Notes: generated from the letters alone by a model not told the origin. A DNA stretch of 63,907 nt, filler included, from Chrysochromulina tobinii (GCA_001275005.1; 11 parts of 11 records of this genome joined end to end with filler, not necessarily neighbours in it), one strand, 5' to 3'. Shown: positions 19,618 through 31,254, numbered from the whole stretch's first letter. Translations and numbers: made by a program.

Positions 19618-21491
19618 ATGGCTGACATTTGGATCGTCGAGGCGTGCGAGTACCACAAGTTGTACAAGCCCGGCGAGAAGGCCCCCAACAATGCGCTGAG
19701 CAAGGATAATATCTATGCGCGGCGAAACTCGCGAGAAGCATCTGCAAAGCGTCGGCCTCATTGTAAGGCGTGCTCAGGTCGCATGGAAAGGGAGATGTTG
19801 AAGGGGGTAACCTTGGAAAGCATCCACGCGCGCATCGATGAACTCGAACCAGGTGGAGAAGAGCTTCGCGCTGAGCCCCTCCAAATGGCTCGGGCCATGC
19901 CCATCAACGGTGCCGGTTCCAGCGTCGACCAGTCGCTCGCCTCGAGCAGCCTCCCATCAGCCATGGCGTTTCCCATCAACGGTGCCGGTTCCATCGCCGA
20001 CCAGTCGCTCGCCTCGAGCAGCCTCCCAGCCATGGCCTTTCCCATCAACGGTGCCGGTTCCATCGCCGACCAGTCGCTCGCCTCGAGCAGCCTCCCAGCC
20101 ATGGCCTTTCCCATCAACGGTGCCGGTTCCATCGCCGACCAGTCGCTCGCCTCGAGCAGCCTCCCAGTTATGGCCATACCCATCAACAGTGCCGGTGCGA
20201 GCGCCGACCATTCGCTCGACATGACAGCGGTACAGCCATCAACCGAACAGCCAACAGTCAGCCAGCCAGCAGCCAGCCAGCCAGCAAGCAGCCAGGAGAG
20301 CAGCCACGAGAGCTGCAGAGCGCAATTGGCAGAGTTGACAGCGCAGCTCACTGCTACCAAACTAGCATTCGATCAGTCTGAGGCGAACGGGAAGCTCATT
20401 GCAGAGGAAAAGGTCGCGCTGCAGGAACAACTGGATCACGCCAACTCGACGATCGAGAAGCTGATGGACTTCAACGACGAACTTGAGCAGCAGTTGGCCG
20501 CACTTGAGGCTCTGAGAGCTAACGCTCCGCCAGCCGCCGCCTTGGATCCGCCTGAGAAGGCGGCGGCCGAGAAAGGCGGCGGCTGAGAAAGGCGGCGGCC
20601 AAGAAGGCGGCGGCCAAGAAGGAAGCGGCCGAGGCGGAAGCGGCCGAGGCGGCGGCGGCCAAGGCGGCGGCGGCCAAGGCGCCGGCGGCCAAGAAGGCGG
20701 CGGCTGAGAAGGTGGTGGCTGAGAAGGCGGTGGCTGAGAAGGAGGTGGCTGGGAAGGCGGCGGCAGCCGCCTTGGATCCGCCAGCCGCCTCCACGACTCC
20801 GCCGCTCGCCTCGGCTTCGCTGGGCGGCGGCTTGGCTCTGCTGGCCTTTCCCATCGGCAGCAGGGTGTACGTGAAGCGCAGCAGCAAACAGGAGACAATC
20901 GCCTTCGTGAAGGAGTACGATGCAGGCAACAACGTCTACAAGCTGCAGCTGACAGGAGACGACTCAGGCAATACCAAGCAGTGCCTCGAGAAGCATATGC
21001 GCGCGGCGCCTTTGGAAGATGGTCATGCAGCAGCAACAGCCGCCTTGGGTCCGCCACAAAAACAGCCGGCGGCAGGCGGACTGGCTGCCGGCTCATCGTC
21101 GGGCGCAGACGCAAGCGACGAGCTCACCGCAGCCAAGCCACCTACTGCCAAGCCACCTGCAGCCAAGCGACCGCTGCCTTACCCCGCTCAGGCAGCCGCA
21201 CCTCCCAAAAGTCCCCGACTTGTAGCATCCGCCCACCCAGTTAAGTGCTACTTTGATGGGCTGGACCTCCCCACTGGAGTATACCACTGTCATCGACCGC
21301 AGACGGCGGCGACGATGCGGCTCTGCGCCGCCCCAAACTGCATGGAAAGCCAGAGCAAATGTTCGGCCGCATCTTTTCACTTTCAGTGCTACTTCGACTA
21401 CTACACCGAAAAAGAGATCGACCTCAGCAAGGATTGGAACCCATTTCGCTGCCCCGCATGCGACGACCCCGTACAGTTCGACTTACAGTGA
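19618..21491 (+). pseudogene. Multidomain chromatin-reader-like gene: 23-aa repeats, coiled coil, KKAAA linker, SH3/Tudor-like module, C-terminal PHD-like finger; out of frame at about 20570-20590
   Basis: ORFs 19609-20586 and 20712-21491 are separated by two extra A's in the EKAAA repeat (gagaaaggcggcggc x2); C-terminal CAAPNC...C...FHFQC...FRCPAC. Confidence 0.6.
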
Positions 21492-21564
21492 GTTAGTAAG
21501 TAGATAGGACCACTTGCATTCCCTCCCGTCCCTCGAGGGTCGTCCGGGAAAGGCGGTCTTTGTT

Positions 21565-21781
21565 GGTTGACTAGGTTGACTCGGACTATGTATAAGTATA
21601 TCGAGTTGACTCGCGAGTTGACTCGGACTAATTGAGTTGACTCGCGAGTTGACTCGGACTATATCGAGTTGACTCGCGAGTTGACTCGAACTATTGAGTT
21701 GACTCGGACTAATTGAGTTGACTCGCGAGTTGACTCGGACTATATATATATCGAATTATCTCAATTGAGTTGACTTGACTT
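21565..21781 (-). repeat. Second palindrome array in inverted orientation (about 9 GAGTTGACTC)
   Basis: cgagttgactcgcgagttgactcggactatat is the reverse complement of the 18660-19495 unit. Confidence 0.95.
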
Positions 21782-21814
21782 CACACGATTGAAAGTTGGC
21801 GACGCGTGACAAAA

Positions 21815-22960
21815 ATGGAAAAACTCAGCCCGGCCATGCGCTTGTGTGCGCAGCTGGATGCACTGCAAGCCAGGGAAGAAGCCAATCAGCACCCCTATGG
21901 AGAAGAGGAGGAGCTCAGCCCGGCCATGCTCTTGTGTGCGCAGCTGGAAGCACTGCAAGCCAGGGAAGAAGCAGCTGCTGCTGCACAAACACCTTGCAGA
22001 CAGAAAGGCAAGAAGAGGGAGAGAAGTGCAACTGGTTTCAGAGGCAAAACAACAATGCCCCAGTGGTCACCATGGTCTGCTGCTGGTGGGTGGTCGCTTG
22101 CTGGGCTACCATGGCACGAATGTGGGAGGGGAACTTCATTCGCACTGCAGATTGACCGCGTTCGTGCTGTGCTTACTCGCGATACATGGGCCTGGGATAT
22201 GGACTTTGATGCAGCAGCACCGCCAGCCCCTGGGTGGTTCCATATCACACCCAGATCTGTGACAGAAGCCCAGGCCAAGCTGCTTGTTGGCAGGGCCGCT
22301 GCTTACTCCAACATGGACTACTATGCCTTGCTGCGAAACTTGGACGAACGCCGTCCTGAATCCGTGCACCCACGCGAACCCTGCATCTGGGTCTCGCATG
22401 TGGTATACTTTTGGAACATCTCCCGTGGATGGTGCTCGGCTGCGCGGTGTGGGGAGAAGTTTACGGACAGGGGCATGATCTTCACGAGCGAACGAGGCCT
22501 GAATGTGGGTGGGGACAACTCCTACTCGTTCAGCCTTGAGCGCCGACACAACGATGGATTACATCAATGGTGGAACATCATGGGCTGCATTCACGCTGGT
22601 TGCCAGATCTTCACCAACTCTCACCCCGCCAACTCCTACTCCACCCGCAGGCTTCCAGACCCAGATGATCCTCCGTTTCCCCACTGCGATGTTGACGAGG
22701 CAGGGGGTCCCACCGGGTACTGGCTGGACTTCCACGACGGAGCTCCCAGGCCGCCGTTTTCAACGGCTCCATTGTATGGAAACAGAAGACAGCGCCAGAG
22801 CATCTTGCTCGCACGCGTTCAGAAGTATATGATAGCCGAAGGTTGGGAACATAGTGTATCATGTCGGTCACCCGGCCCCTCCTGTAACTGTCCATATGGG
22901 GTGAAACGCGCCGAACTGTTTGCCGCCAATGGCGGCACTTATAAGAGGGCGCATAAGTAA
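21815..22960 (+). CDS. HNH-like (betabetaalpha-Me) endonuclease
   Basis: WNISRGWCSAARC...SFSLERRHNDGLHQWWNIMGCIHAGCQ parallels the S(L/I)(D/E)R.(D/N)N..GH...N....C..C(N) HNH pattern; duplicated N-terminal LSPAM.LCAQL.ALQAREEA. Confidence 0.55.
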   Translation: MEKLSPAMRLCAQLDALQAREEANQHPYGEEEELSPAMLLCAQLEALQAREEAAAAAQTPCRQKGKKRERSATGFRGKTTMPQWSPWSAAGGWSLAGLPWHECGRGTSFALQIDRVRAVLTRDTWAWDMDFDAAAPPAPGWFHITPRSVTEAQAKLLVGRAAAYSNMDYYALLRNLDERRPESVHPREPCIWVSHVVYFWNISRGWCSAARCGEKFTDRGMIFTSERGLNVGGDNSYSFSLERRHNDGLHQWWNIMGCIHAGCQIFTNSHPANSYSTRRLPDPDDPPFPHCDVDEAGGPTGYWLDFHDGAPRPPFSTAPLYGNRRQRQSILLARVQKYMIAEGWEHSVSCRSPGPSCNCPYGVKRAELFAANGGTYKRAHK

Positions 22961-22977
22961 TGTATCAAATCCGCCGA

Positions 22978-23218
22978 TTATGAGATGATAGAGTAGGAAT
23001 TGACAGCAAAGCCAATTCGAGTAGCGTCGGAACCATCGTGCAACCACACGAGGACTTTGGGGCTCGTGCTTTCAGCTAGCACCTTGGTACCACCGCAGTC
23101 TGGCAGGAAATCCTTTGTCAGGTCAACACACCCTGCACTGACCTCACTTGGCCTCCACTCCTGCGAGATGAACTCCTCCACGTCGGCGTGGCTTGAGGCG
23201 AGCGAATACGAGAGCCCC
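22978..23218 (-). CDS. Hypothetical protein C-terminus (5'-partial)
   Basis: Open frame from the contig edge to a stop at 22978, convergent with the HNH-like gene and 17 nt from it. Confidence 0.35.
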
Positions 23219-23318
23219 NNNNNNNNNNNNNNNNNNNNNNNNNNNNNNNNNNNNNNNNNNNNTTAATTAATTAANNNNNNNNNNNNNNNNNNNNNNNNNN
23301 NNNNNNNNNNNNNNNNNN

Positions 23319-26300
23319 TGAGGAGGGAGCGGGGCAACGGACACATCCGTTGCCAAAGAGGCTGCGTGCAGTGCCAGGCTGAGAGCATCTGATCAAGGGC
23401 AGAAGAAAGCTAGCACTGCCTTCGTTTCCGAGCAGCACGTCGAGGTCGCCGTCGCCGTCCACGTCCGCCGCCGCGATCGACCTCGTGGACGTGCTGCCGC
23501 CGGGCAGCTCGATTCTCGTCGGGAATGTGCTATCGCCCGCATTGAGCAGCACTCGGGAACTGCCATAGTTCCCAAGCAGCACATCAAGGTCGCCGTCGCC
23601 GTCCACGTCCGCCGCCGCGATCGAGCTCGTGGACGCGCTGCCGCCGGGCAGCTCGATGCTCGACGGGAACGTGCCGTCGCCCGCGTTGAGCAGCACACGG
23701 CTGGGACTGTTGAAGTTCCCAAGCAGCACGTCGATATCGCCGTCGCCGTCGACGTCAGCCGCTGCGATCGATCTCGTGGACGCGCTGCCGCCGGGCAGCT
23801 CGATGATCGTCGGGAAGGTGCCGTCGCCCGCGTTGAGCAGCACAAGGGAGCTGCCATAGTTCCCAAGCAGCACATCAAGGTCGCCGTCGCCATCCACGTC
23901 CGCCGCCGCGATCGAGCTCGTGGACGCGCTGCCGCCGGGCAGCTCGATGATCGTCGGGAACGTGCCGTCGCCCGCGTTGAGCAGCACGCGGCTGGGACTA
24001 CCAACGTTCCCAAGCAGCACGTCGAGGTCGCCATCACCGTCCACGTCCGACGCCGCGATCGAGCTTGTGGACGCGCTGCCGCCGGGCAGCTCGATGATCG
24101 TCGGGAACGTGCCGTCGCCCGCGTTGAGCAGCACTAGGGAACTGCCATAATTCCCAAGCAGCACGTCGAGGTCGCCATCGCCGTCCACGTCCGCCGCCGC
24201 GATCGAGCTCGTGGACGAGCTGCCGCCGGACAGCTCGATGCTCGTCGGGAACGTGCCGTCGCCCGCGTTGAGCAGCACGCGGCTGGGACTACCAACGTTC
24301 CCAAGCAGCACGTCGAGGTCGCCATCGCCGTCCACGTCCGCAGCCGCGATCGAGCTCGTGGACGCGCTGCCGCCGGGCAGCTCGATGATCGTCGGGAAGG
24401 TGCCGCCGCCCGCGATAAGCAACAATCGGCTGGGACTGCCGTCGTTCCCAAGCAGCACTTCAAGATCGCCGTCGCCGTCCACGTCCGCCGCCGCGATCGA
24501 GCTCGTGGACGCGCTGCCGCCGGGCAGCTCGATGCTCGTCGGGAACGTGCCGTCGCCCGCGTTGAGCAGCACGCGGCTGGGACTGTTGAAGTTCCCAAGC
24601 AGCACGTCGACATCGCCATCGCCGTCCACGTCCGCCGCCGCGATCGAGCTCGTGGACGGGCTGCCGCCGGGCAGCTCGATGATCGTCGGGAACGTGCCGT
24701 CGCCCGCGTTGAGCAGCACTCGGTCGGGACTGCCAGCGTTCCCAAGCAGAACGTCGAGGTCGCCGTCGCCGTCCATGTCCGCCGCCGCGATCGACCACGT
24801 GAACACGCTGCCGCCGGGCAGCTCGATGCTCAACGGGAACGTGCCGTCGCCCGCGTTGAGCAGCACAAGGGAATTGCCTTTGTTCCCAAGCAGCACGTCG
24901 AGGTCGCCATCGCCGTCGACGTCCGCCGCCGCGATTGAGCTCGTGGACGCGCTGCCGCCGGGCAGCTCGATGATCGTCGGGAACGTGCCGTCGCCCGCGT
25001 TGAGCAGCACGCGGCTGGGACTACCAACGTTCCCAAGCAGCACTTCAAGATCGCCGTCGCCGTCCACGTCCGCCGCCGCGATCGACCACGTGAACACGCT
25101 GCCGCCGGGCAGCTCGATGCTCGTCGGGAAGGTGCCGTCGCCCGCGTTGAGCAGCACTCGGCTGGGACTGTTATAGTTCCCAAGCAGCACGTCGAGGTCG
25201 CCGTCGCCGTCTACATCCGCCGCCGCGATCGATCGCGTGAAAAAAGATCGAGAGCCGCAGTCGGCGCAATCCGTGCCGAGGGTACATGAGGGAAAAAAGT
25301 AGCCGAATCCGCCATCGTCGCAAACCCCATCTGAGGAGGAAGTGCATGTCTCCGTGCAGAGGCCGCCGGGCAGCGCAATGCTCGTCGGGAAGGTGCCATC
25401 GCCCGCGTTGAGCAGCACTCGGCTGGGACTGCCATCGTTCCCAAGCAGCACGTCGAGGTCGCCGTCGCCATCCACGTCCGCCGCCGCGATCGAGTACGTG
25501 GACGCGTTGCCGCCGGGCAGCTCGATGCTCGTCGGGAAGGTGCCGCCGCCCGCGTTGAGCAGCACCCGGCTGGGACTGCCATAGTTTCCAAGCAGCACGT
25601 CAAGGTCGCCGTCGCCGTCCACGTCCGCCGCCATGATCGAGCTCGTGTACGCGCTGCTGCCGGGCAGTTCGGAGCTGAGGAACTGGATGACAGCCTCACT
25701 GGAGCCCAGCAGCTCTCCTCCCGTCCTTGCCATTGGCTTGGGAAGGCGCAGGCATCCGGTCTCGTTGCTGAAGTGGCACGCCGGCGGCAAGAGCGCAGCT
25801 CTGGCCCCTGGCACGGGCTTCGGACGAGCGGGCCTGGGCATGGCGACGCAGCCCACTCGCCCTGGCGCCGAGCAGTTGGGCGGTGCGAACGCCGTCGGGT
25901 GGCCGTTAGGCCGGAGGTCCTGCGCATAGTCCCGAGGGGGAGGGTACCGCCGGCGAACAGTTACGTTCCGTGCCTCAAGAGCCCAGCCAGGCTGAGCCGG
26001 TCTGGGGGGCTGCGCTGGCGGGCGCGAGGGTGGCGAGGGCGGAGATGACGGGGGTGATGGCGGGGGCGGCTGGAGCGGTGGCGAAGGTGGCGATGATGGC
26101 TGAGGCGGCTGAAGCGGTGGCGAAAGTGGCGGTGATGGCTGAGGCGGCTGGAGCGGTGGCGAAGGTGGCGAAGGTGGCGGCGAGAACAAAGCACAGATAG
26201 TGAAGCCCGCCCCATTGATTCGGGAGTCGCTCGCCCAGGTCACAAGTGTTCCAGCGACCACTTGCACATTCATCGGCCCGGTGGAGCCGGAGTACCACGG

Positions 26301-27545
26301 GAGGTCCCCAATCGTGACGAAATCGTAGCCCTCCTGAGTGTTGAACTCGGTGGCGGTGATGGTCATCGACATTTCCGCTCGCATCGTGCAAGCCTCGTTT
26401 GGTCTATATGTCCCGATGCCATCGGTGATGCACATGCCGTCGGACGAGACGGAGCAATACGACGGCCCCAAAACAACCGTCCAGCGCGATGACGGCGATG
26501 GGGATGGCTCGGGTGACGGCAGTGGTGATGGCGGCGAGGGCGGCAGTGAAGGCAAAGGTGGCTGCGGCAGCAGTGCCATGGTCTGCGCGCTGGCGAAGCC
26601 CACCACCAGGGTGAGGAAGAGCACGCCGACGAGCCGAGGCGCGGACCCAAAGCGGCCCGCAGAGCCGCGCCGAGCAGAGGGTCGGCACGAGGGAGAGGCG
26701 GCGGTGACGGCACGGCGGCCTTTGGGCGGCGGCGCCCCCGGGATTGAGGCGAGGGCCGAGGCGCCGCGCGCCGCAAAGGCCTGGACGGCACCGTACAGTA
26801 CCGCGCAGAGCAGACCGAACAGTGCCATCATGCAAGTGCTCACCACGGCGCCCCCCCCGCCCCTCTCCCCACTGGCGCAGAGCAGACCGAGCGTTGCCAG
26901 CAGACCGGGAAGAGGGGCCGGGGCCGTCGCGACAAGGGAGGCGCCCATCGTGGACGAGCGCGTCTGCGGCATGGAAGCCGGATCCGTCTCGTGCGCGGCC
27001 CCCGCAATGTCGACGGTGTTCTTTGCCTTGAAGGCATCGGTCTCAGGCAGCCAGCCCAGATAGCTGATGATCGAGACCATCAGCGTCGTCTGGATGTCAT
27101 CGAGCGTCGTGTGCAACTTGGCGCCCGTCGACGTCAGGTCGGAGAGCGACTTGGCCGCGACGCGCGCCTTGAGGGCCTCGAGAGAGCCGCGCGTGCAGGC
27201 CGGCACCGCGCCGAACGTCGTCGTGGAGAAGGTGTCGACGAGCTGGGCGGTCTCAGTAGCCACTTGCACATTCATCGGCCCGTGGGAATAGCCGTGGGAA
27301 GAGACCCCGTTGACAGTTATGAAGTCGTAGCCGTCCTCGGTGGCGAACTCGGGGGAGGCAAACTCGGTGGCGCAGGCACAATCCGAGGCATATCTTGGAG
27401 TTTCGATGCACGTGTTCGCGCACTGCTGCGCATCGGCGAAGCTCACCATCAAGAGGAGGAAGAGGATGCGGGCGAGCCGAGGCGCGGCCCCGACGCGGCC
27501 GACCGAGCTGCGCCAAGCAGAGTCATGGTCTGGCGTGGTCTCCAT
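23319..27545 (-). CDS. Large cell-surface FG-GAP/VCBS beta-propeller protein with CUB-like and Pro-rich regions (3'-partial)
   Basis: 15 repeats of SIAAADVDGDGDLDVLLGN...VLLNAGDGTF; CUB-like TEF.T.EGYDFVTI; (SPPPSPP)n; signal-peptide-like segments. Confidence 0.88.
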
Positions 27546-28070
27546 GAGCGCGCAAATCAACGCTACCAGATACGGTGGGTGGGAGTCTTGAAAGTTAGAC
27601 TTTCGGAAGAAACGAGGTCGCCTGATGAACGAAGGGAACGATGCGGATTTAGAACGCTATTTTGGTGCTGGTAAGGAAAGCGAGGAATTGCTAATTATAA
27701 AACTAGAGATGAGTCGTTGCGGCGTCTTAGGTAAATTCACGAGGTGCGACGACCGGGCTTTTCCGTGAGAAAAAACGGGTTCACGCGAGTGTTGAATTCT
27801 AGGACTTAGCCCCGGCACAGTATTTGAGCAGCGGCGATGCCGATGGGTTGAGGCTAATCACACATGGCCAAACTCCAGTGCACTGTGCAGGCGCGCGGAA
27901 CTTTTACTGCATCGGGCCCGCGGGACGATCAGACTTCTCACACTGATTCTTCATTTGCGGCCCTGCTCGTGCCCGCGGCACACGTCCGACGGAATGGTAC
28001 AGATAGGTGACTGTCCGATGGCCCCTCGAAGCCGCCCCGCGCGCTGCTGCTGCTGCGCCGCCGCCGCCTC

Positions 28071-28828
28071 TCACGCGGGCGGCAGCACGTCCTCATGGGC
28101 GCTCAGCAGCAGCAGCTGGCCGATGCGCAAGATCGGGCGCACCGCGCCCGCCGCCGGTGGCGGGGGGGTGGCGGCGGGTATGCCGAGCTTGAGCAGATGA
28201 GAAGGCTCGAGATGCTTGAGCTCCTCGAAGTTGTAGACGTTGATCAGCCCGCCCTCGCCCATCGGCACGATCACGAGGCCTCCGCCCGTCTGCAGCAGGT
28301 AGAGCTTCAGGACGGACAGGAAGACGAGGACGGCCACGGACGCACTGGCAAAGTCCCGTGCGAACCGTTGCTGCCACCATCGTTCGTGCCCCTCGGTCGT
28401 GACCGGCAGCCCCTCGAGCGCTTCCAGCCGCAAGTCGGACCACCATTCGGACGCCAGGCCCTCGAGACGCAGCCTCTGGAAGGCGGTGTCCAGGTCCTCC
28501 GCCTCGTCGCGGGGCCACGTCGCCTCCTCCTCCTCCTCCGCACCGTCGTCCAGCAGGAGCAGCGGCGCGAGCGCGCGGCAGTGCGAGGCCGGCCGGCGAT
28601 TGATCACGAGGCAATCAGTGGCAATCAGTGGCAATCAATGGCAATCAGTGGCAATCAGAGGCAATCAGAGGCAATCAGAGGCAATCAGAGGCAATCAGTG
28701 GCAATCAGAGGCAATCGGTGGCAATCAGTGGCAATCAGTGGCAATCAGCGGCGATTGATCACGAGGCGAGAAGTCAGGGCGCTCGCGGTGCTGAGCGACA
28801 GCACAAGAGCGGCGAGGACGGATACCCT
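28071..28828 (-). pseudogene. Small probably plastid-targeted membrane protein gene interrupted by a satellite insertion
   Basis: Removing 155 nt (array plus one duplication copy) restores VSVLAALVLSLSTASALTSRLVINRRPASHCRALAPLLLL..., with a TM segment downstream; there is no in-frame ATG (AGG at 28828-28826 sits where one is expected). Confidence 0.45.
28611..28748. repeat. (GCAATCAGWG)n 10-bp satellite, about 14 units
   Basis: Directly visible tandem array. Confidence 0.97.
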
Positions 28829-28865
28829 TCTGCTTGGAGCGATTCGGTTGCTATACGCGAAGTGG

Positions 28866-29267
28866 CTACTGATGCAGGGTTAGGGTTAGGGTTAGGACTT
28901 CTCTAACGATTTTGTCAAGCACTGTGAGCGCCTTACGCAGCTTTGGCGGCAACGGTGTAGAGCCTTCCTTAAAAGTCCGAGATGCAAGCAGCTCGGACGG
29001 TGCGCCAATGGGCCGCACAGCGTCATCGTCGTCGTCGATGTCGTCGAGGTTGGTGTCGTCCCCGTCGTCGCGGAAGGCATCGGGCCGCGCGGGGCCAATT
29101 GCGGGGCGGTGCGGCGGCGGCGCTGCCTTGAAGAGCTCGCGCTTGATCTCGGGTGATGGATCCGCTTGCAGGGGACCCACAGCAGCCGCATCCATCTCGG
29201 CCACCAGGTCTATTCGTGCCCTGCGCTCCTCCTCGTCGTCCCAAGTCCGCGTGTCTGCGTCCAAACC
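28866..29267 (-). CDS. Hypothetical acidic protein fragment ending in telomere-like repeats
   Basis: Open frame from the contig edge; the last codons (LTLTLTL) derive from (CCCTAA)3. Confidence 0.3.
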   Translation of the reverse strand, partial: GLDADTRTWDDEEERRARIDLVAEMDAAAVGPLQADPSPEIKRELFKAAPPPHRPAIGPARPDAFRDDGDDTNLDDIDDDDDAVRPIGAPSELLASRTFKEGSTPLPPKLRKALTVLDKIVREVLTLTLTLHQ

Positions 29268-31254
29268 NNNNNNNNNNNNNNNNNNNNNNNNNNNNNNNNN
29301 NNNNNNNNNNNTTAATTAATTAANNNNNNNNNNNNNNNNNNNNNNNNNNNNNNNNNNNNNNNNNNNNGCGCGCGATCGCCGCCGCAGCCACATCTGCTGT
29401 ACCTGCACCCGATGCGGCGGCGGCGGACGATCATGGGGATGGCGCATCTACCTGGTACCCACCTCCTCGGCAACGGAAGCGCAAGCGTGACTACCACGAG
29501 GACGCCAAGGAGAGCAGCCACCGCCAGTGGAAGGCGTTCGGGTCGGACCCAACACGGCGCAGCATGAAGGGCATCCGCACTGTGCGCATCCTGCACGCGC
29601 GTGCATACTACTCACGCGCATGCAGCTCGAGATGTACCGCGGCGACCGCCCGGATTGAAGGGAGCATACAGCGCCGTGGTGAGCACTTGCATGCCATGCC
29701 ATTCGAGATCGACGCGCGCGCGTGGACAGAGCCGATGGGTGCGGCCAGCAACGCGCTGCTCCATGACGAGGGCGATGCTGCGAGCGCCCAAGATGACGCC
29801 CTGGAGGTAGTGCCCCAGATGGCGGCGGTGGCCGAACGGGGCCCCAAACAGGTGGGCATGCCGTTGCCGGTGCGAAGGGGTGCAGCGACCACCACAACGG
29901 GCGAGCGCGACGATGAGAATGAGCTGAGCGACTCTTCAGATTCTGTGGACGTCGGTGTGAAGGACGTCGGTGTGAAGGACGTCGGTGTGAAGGACGTCGG
30001 TGTGAAGGACGTGGACGACGAGAGCGAGGGACAGATGGGGAGTGAGGGGCAGATGGAGAGCGAGGAAAGGGGACGAGGACGAGGAGGACGACGAAAGCGA
30101 GTATGGCGGTGTGCTCGTCGAGGAGAGTGAGGCGGAGGGCTTCGTGGGCGAGGCGGAGCTATTGACCATGGCAGAGCTCGAGGAAGAGGATGACGACGAC
30201 GCGGGAGATAGCTTGGGCGCCATGGGTGATAGCGAGGACGAGGGTGAGGAGCTGGAGGAGCTGGGCACGGAGGACGCTGACGATGTCCAGGCGGTGGAGG
30301 AGGACGAAGAAGGCGAAGCGTCCATCGCCCACGACGGCGCCTGAGAGGCGCCCACGACGGCGCGAACACGGGGCGAATGTATAAGGGCAAGTGGGACGGG
30401 AAGCAGCAGCATTATGAGATGACCTACTTGCCCACGAAGACTGGCGAGCTGCAGCATACGTGAGTGCGTCAGCGGCGATGCGCGCAGCTTCTCTACGACG
30501 AGTGTTAGAGCTGGTCATCCGTCGTTGAGTCGCTCGCGTGCTCCACCGACGGCCGAGGTGCCTCGGGTGGCAGTTCGAGTCCTTGCCGCCATGCCCTTGC
30601 GCTAGCCTAGCAGCCTCTAGCAGAGGGCTTTAGAGTTTTGGCGGTAGCCGGTCATGTAGCCGGTCATGTAGCCGGTCATGTACTACCTCTTCTACGGGAT
30701 GCCGAGCTGCACGTCTGTGCGCTGTCGCGACTGTGTAGTGAAGTCTGAAGAACTGTTCTAGTACAGAGTGTCTACACACTACAGTTCTAGTACAGAGTAG
30801 TATCTGCGCTCCTCGGCCAAGTTGGCCCGCCCCCGCCGCTGGCTGGAAGATCTCACCTGCCATCAGCGCACCCATCAGCGCCGTGTCGAGCGCCGTGTCG
30901 AGCCTCGTGGGCGGCGCAGCGGCGGGCGCCGTCGTGGGCGATTCCGCTCGGGACAGCGCGCGATCGACGGCCGAGGAGTCGAGAGAGAACTCCTTTCGCG
31001 TGGACGCAGGGCCAAACGCGGCGAGAAAGAGAGTTGGTGCACCATTGCCCCACTCAACAACAAAACACTACATCCACGTACCCACTGATTCCAAAGGGAA
31101 TTCCGCACAGTGATTATGCGCGTCAGCTGACTAAACGCGTGAGGCCTGCCAGGCCACACCCCTGGTCCCGGAGGCATGCAGCGGCATGCAATCCCTAACC
31201 GTCGACTGTGTTTACCAAATTAGTGTGTAACGGGCTGAGCGTGAGCCCGCTAGA

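Noticed and set aside
29564..30344. Acidic ORFs with (KDVGV)4 repeat
   Set aside because: Low-complexity, frame-broken and with no recognisable domain; cannot be called as a gene
30503..31130. Candidate LTR (TGTTAG...CACA) followed by a PBS-like GTGATTATG upstream of ORF 31255
   Set aside because: No second LTR in the contig and only a weak match to a Met-tRNA primer site; not supportable
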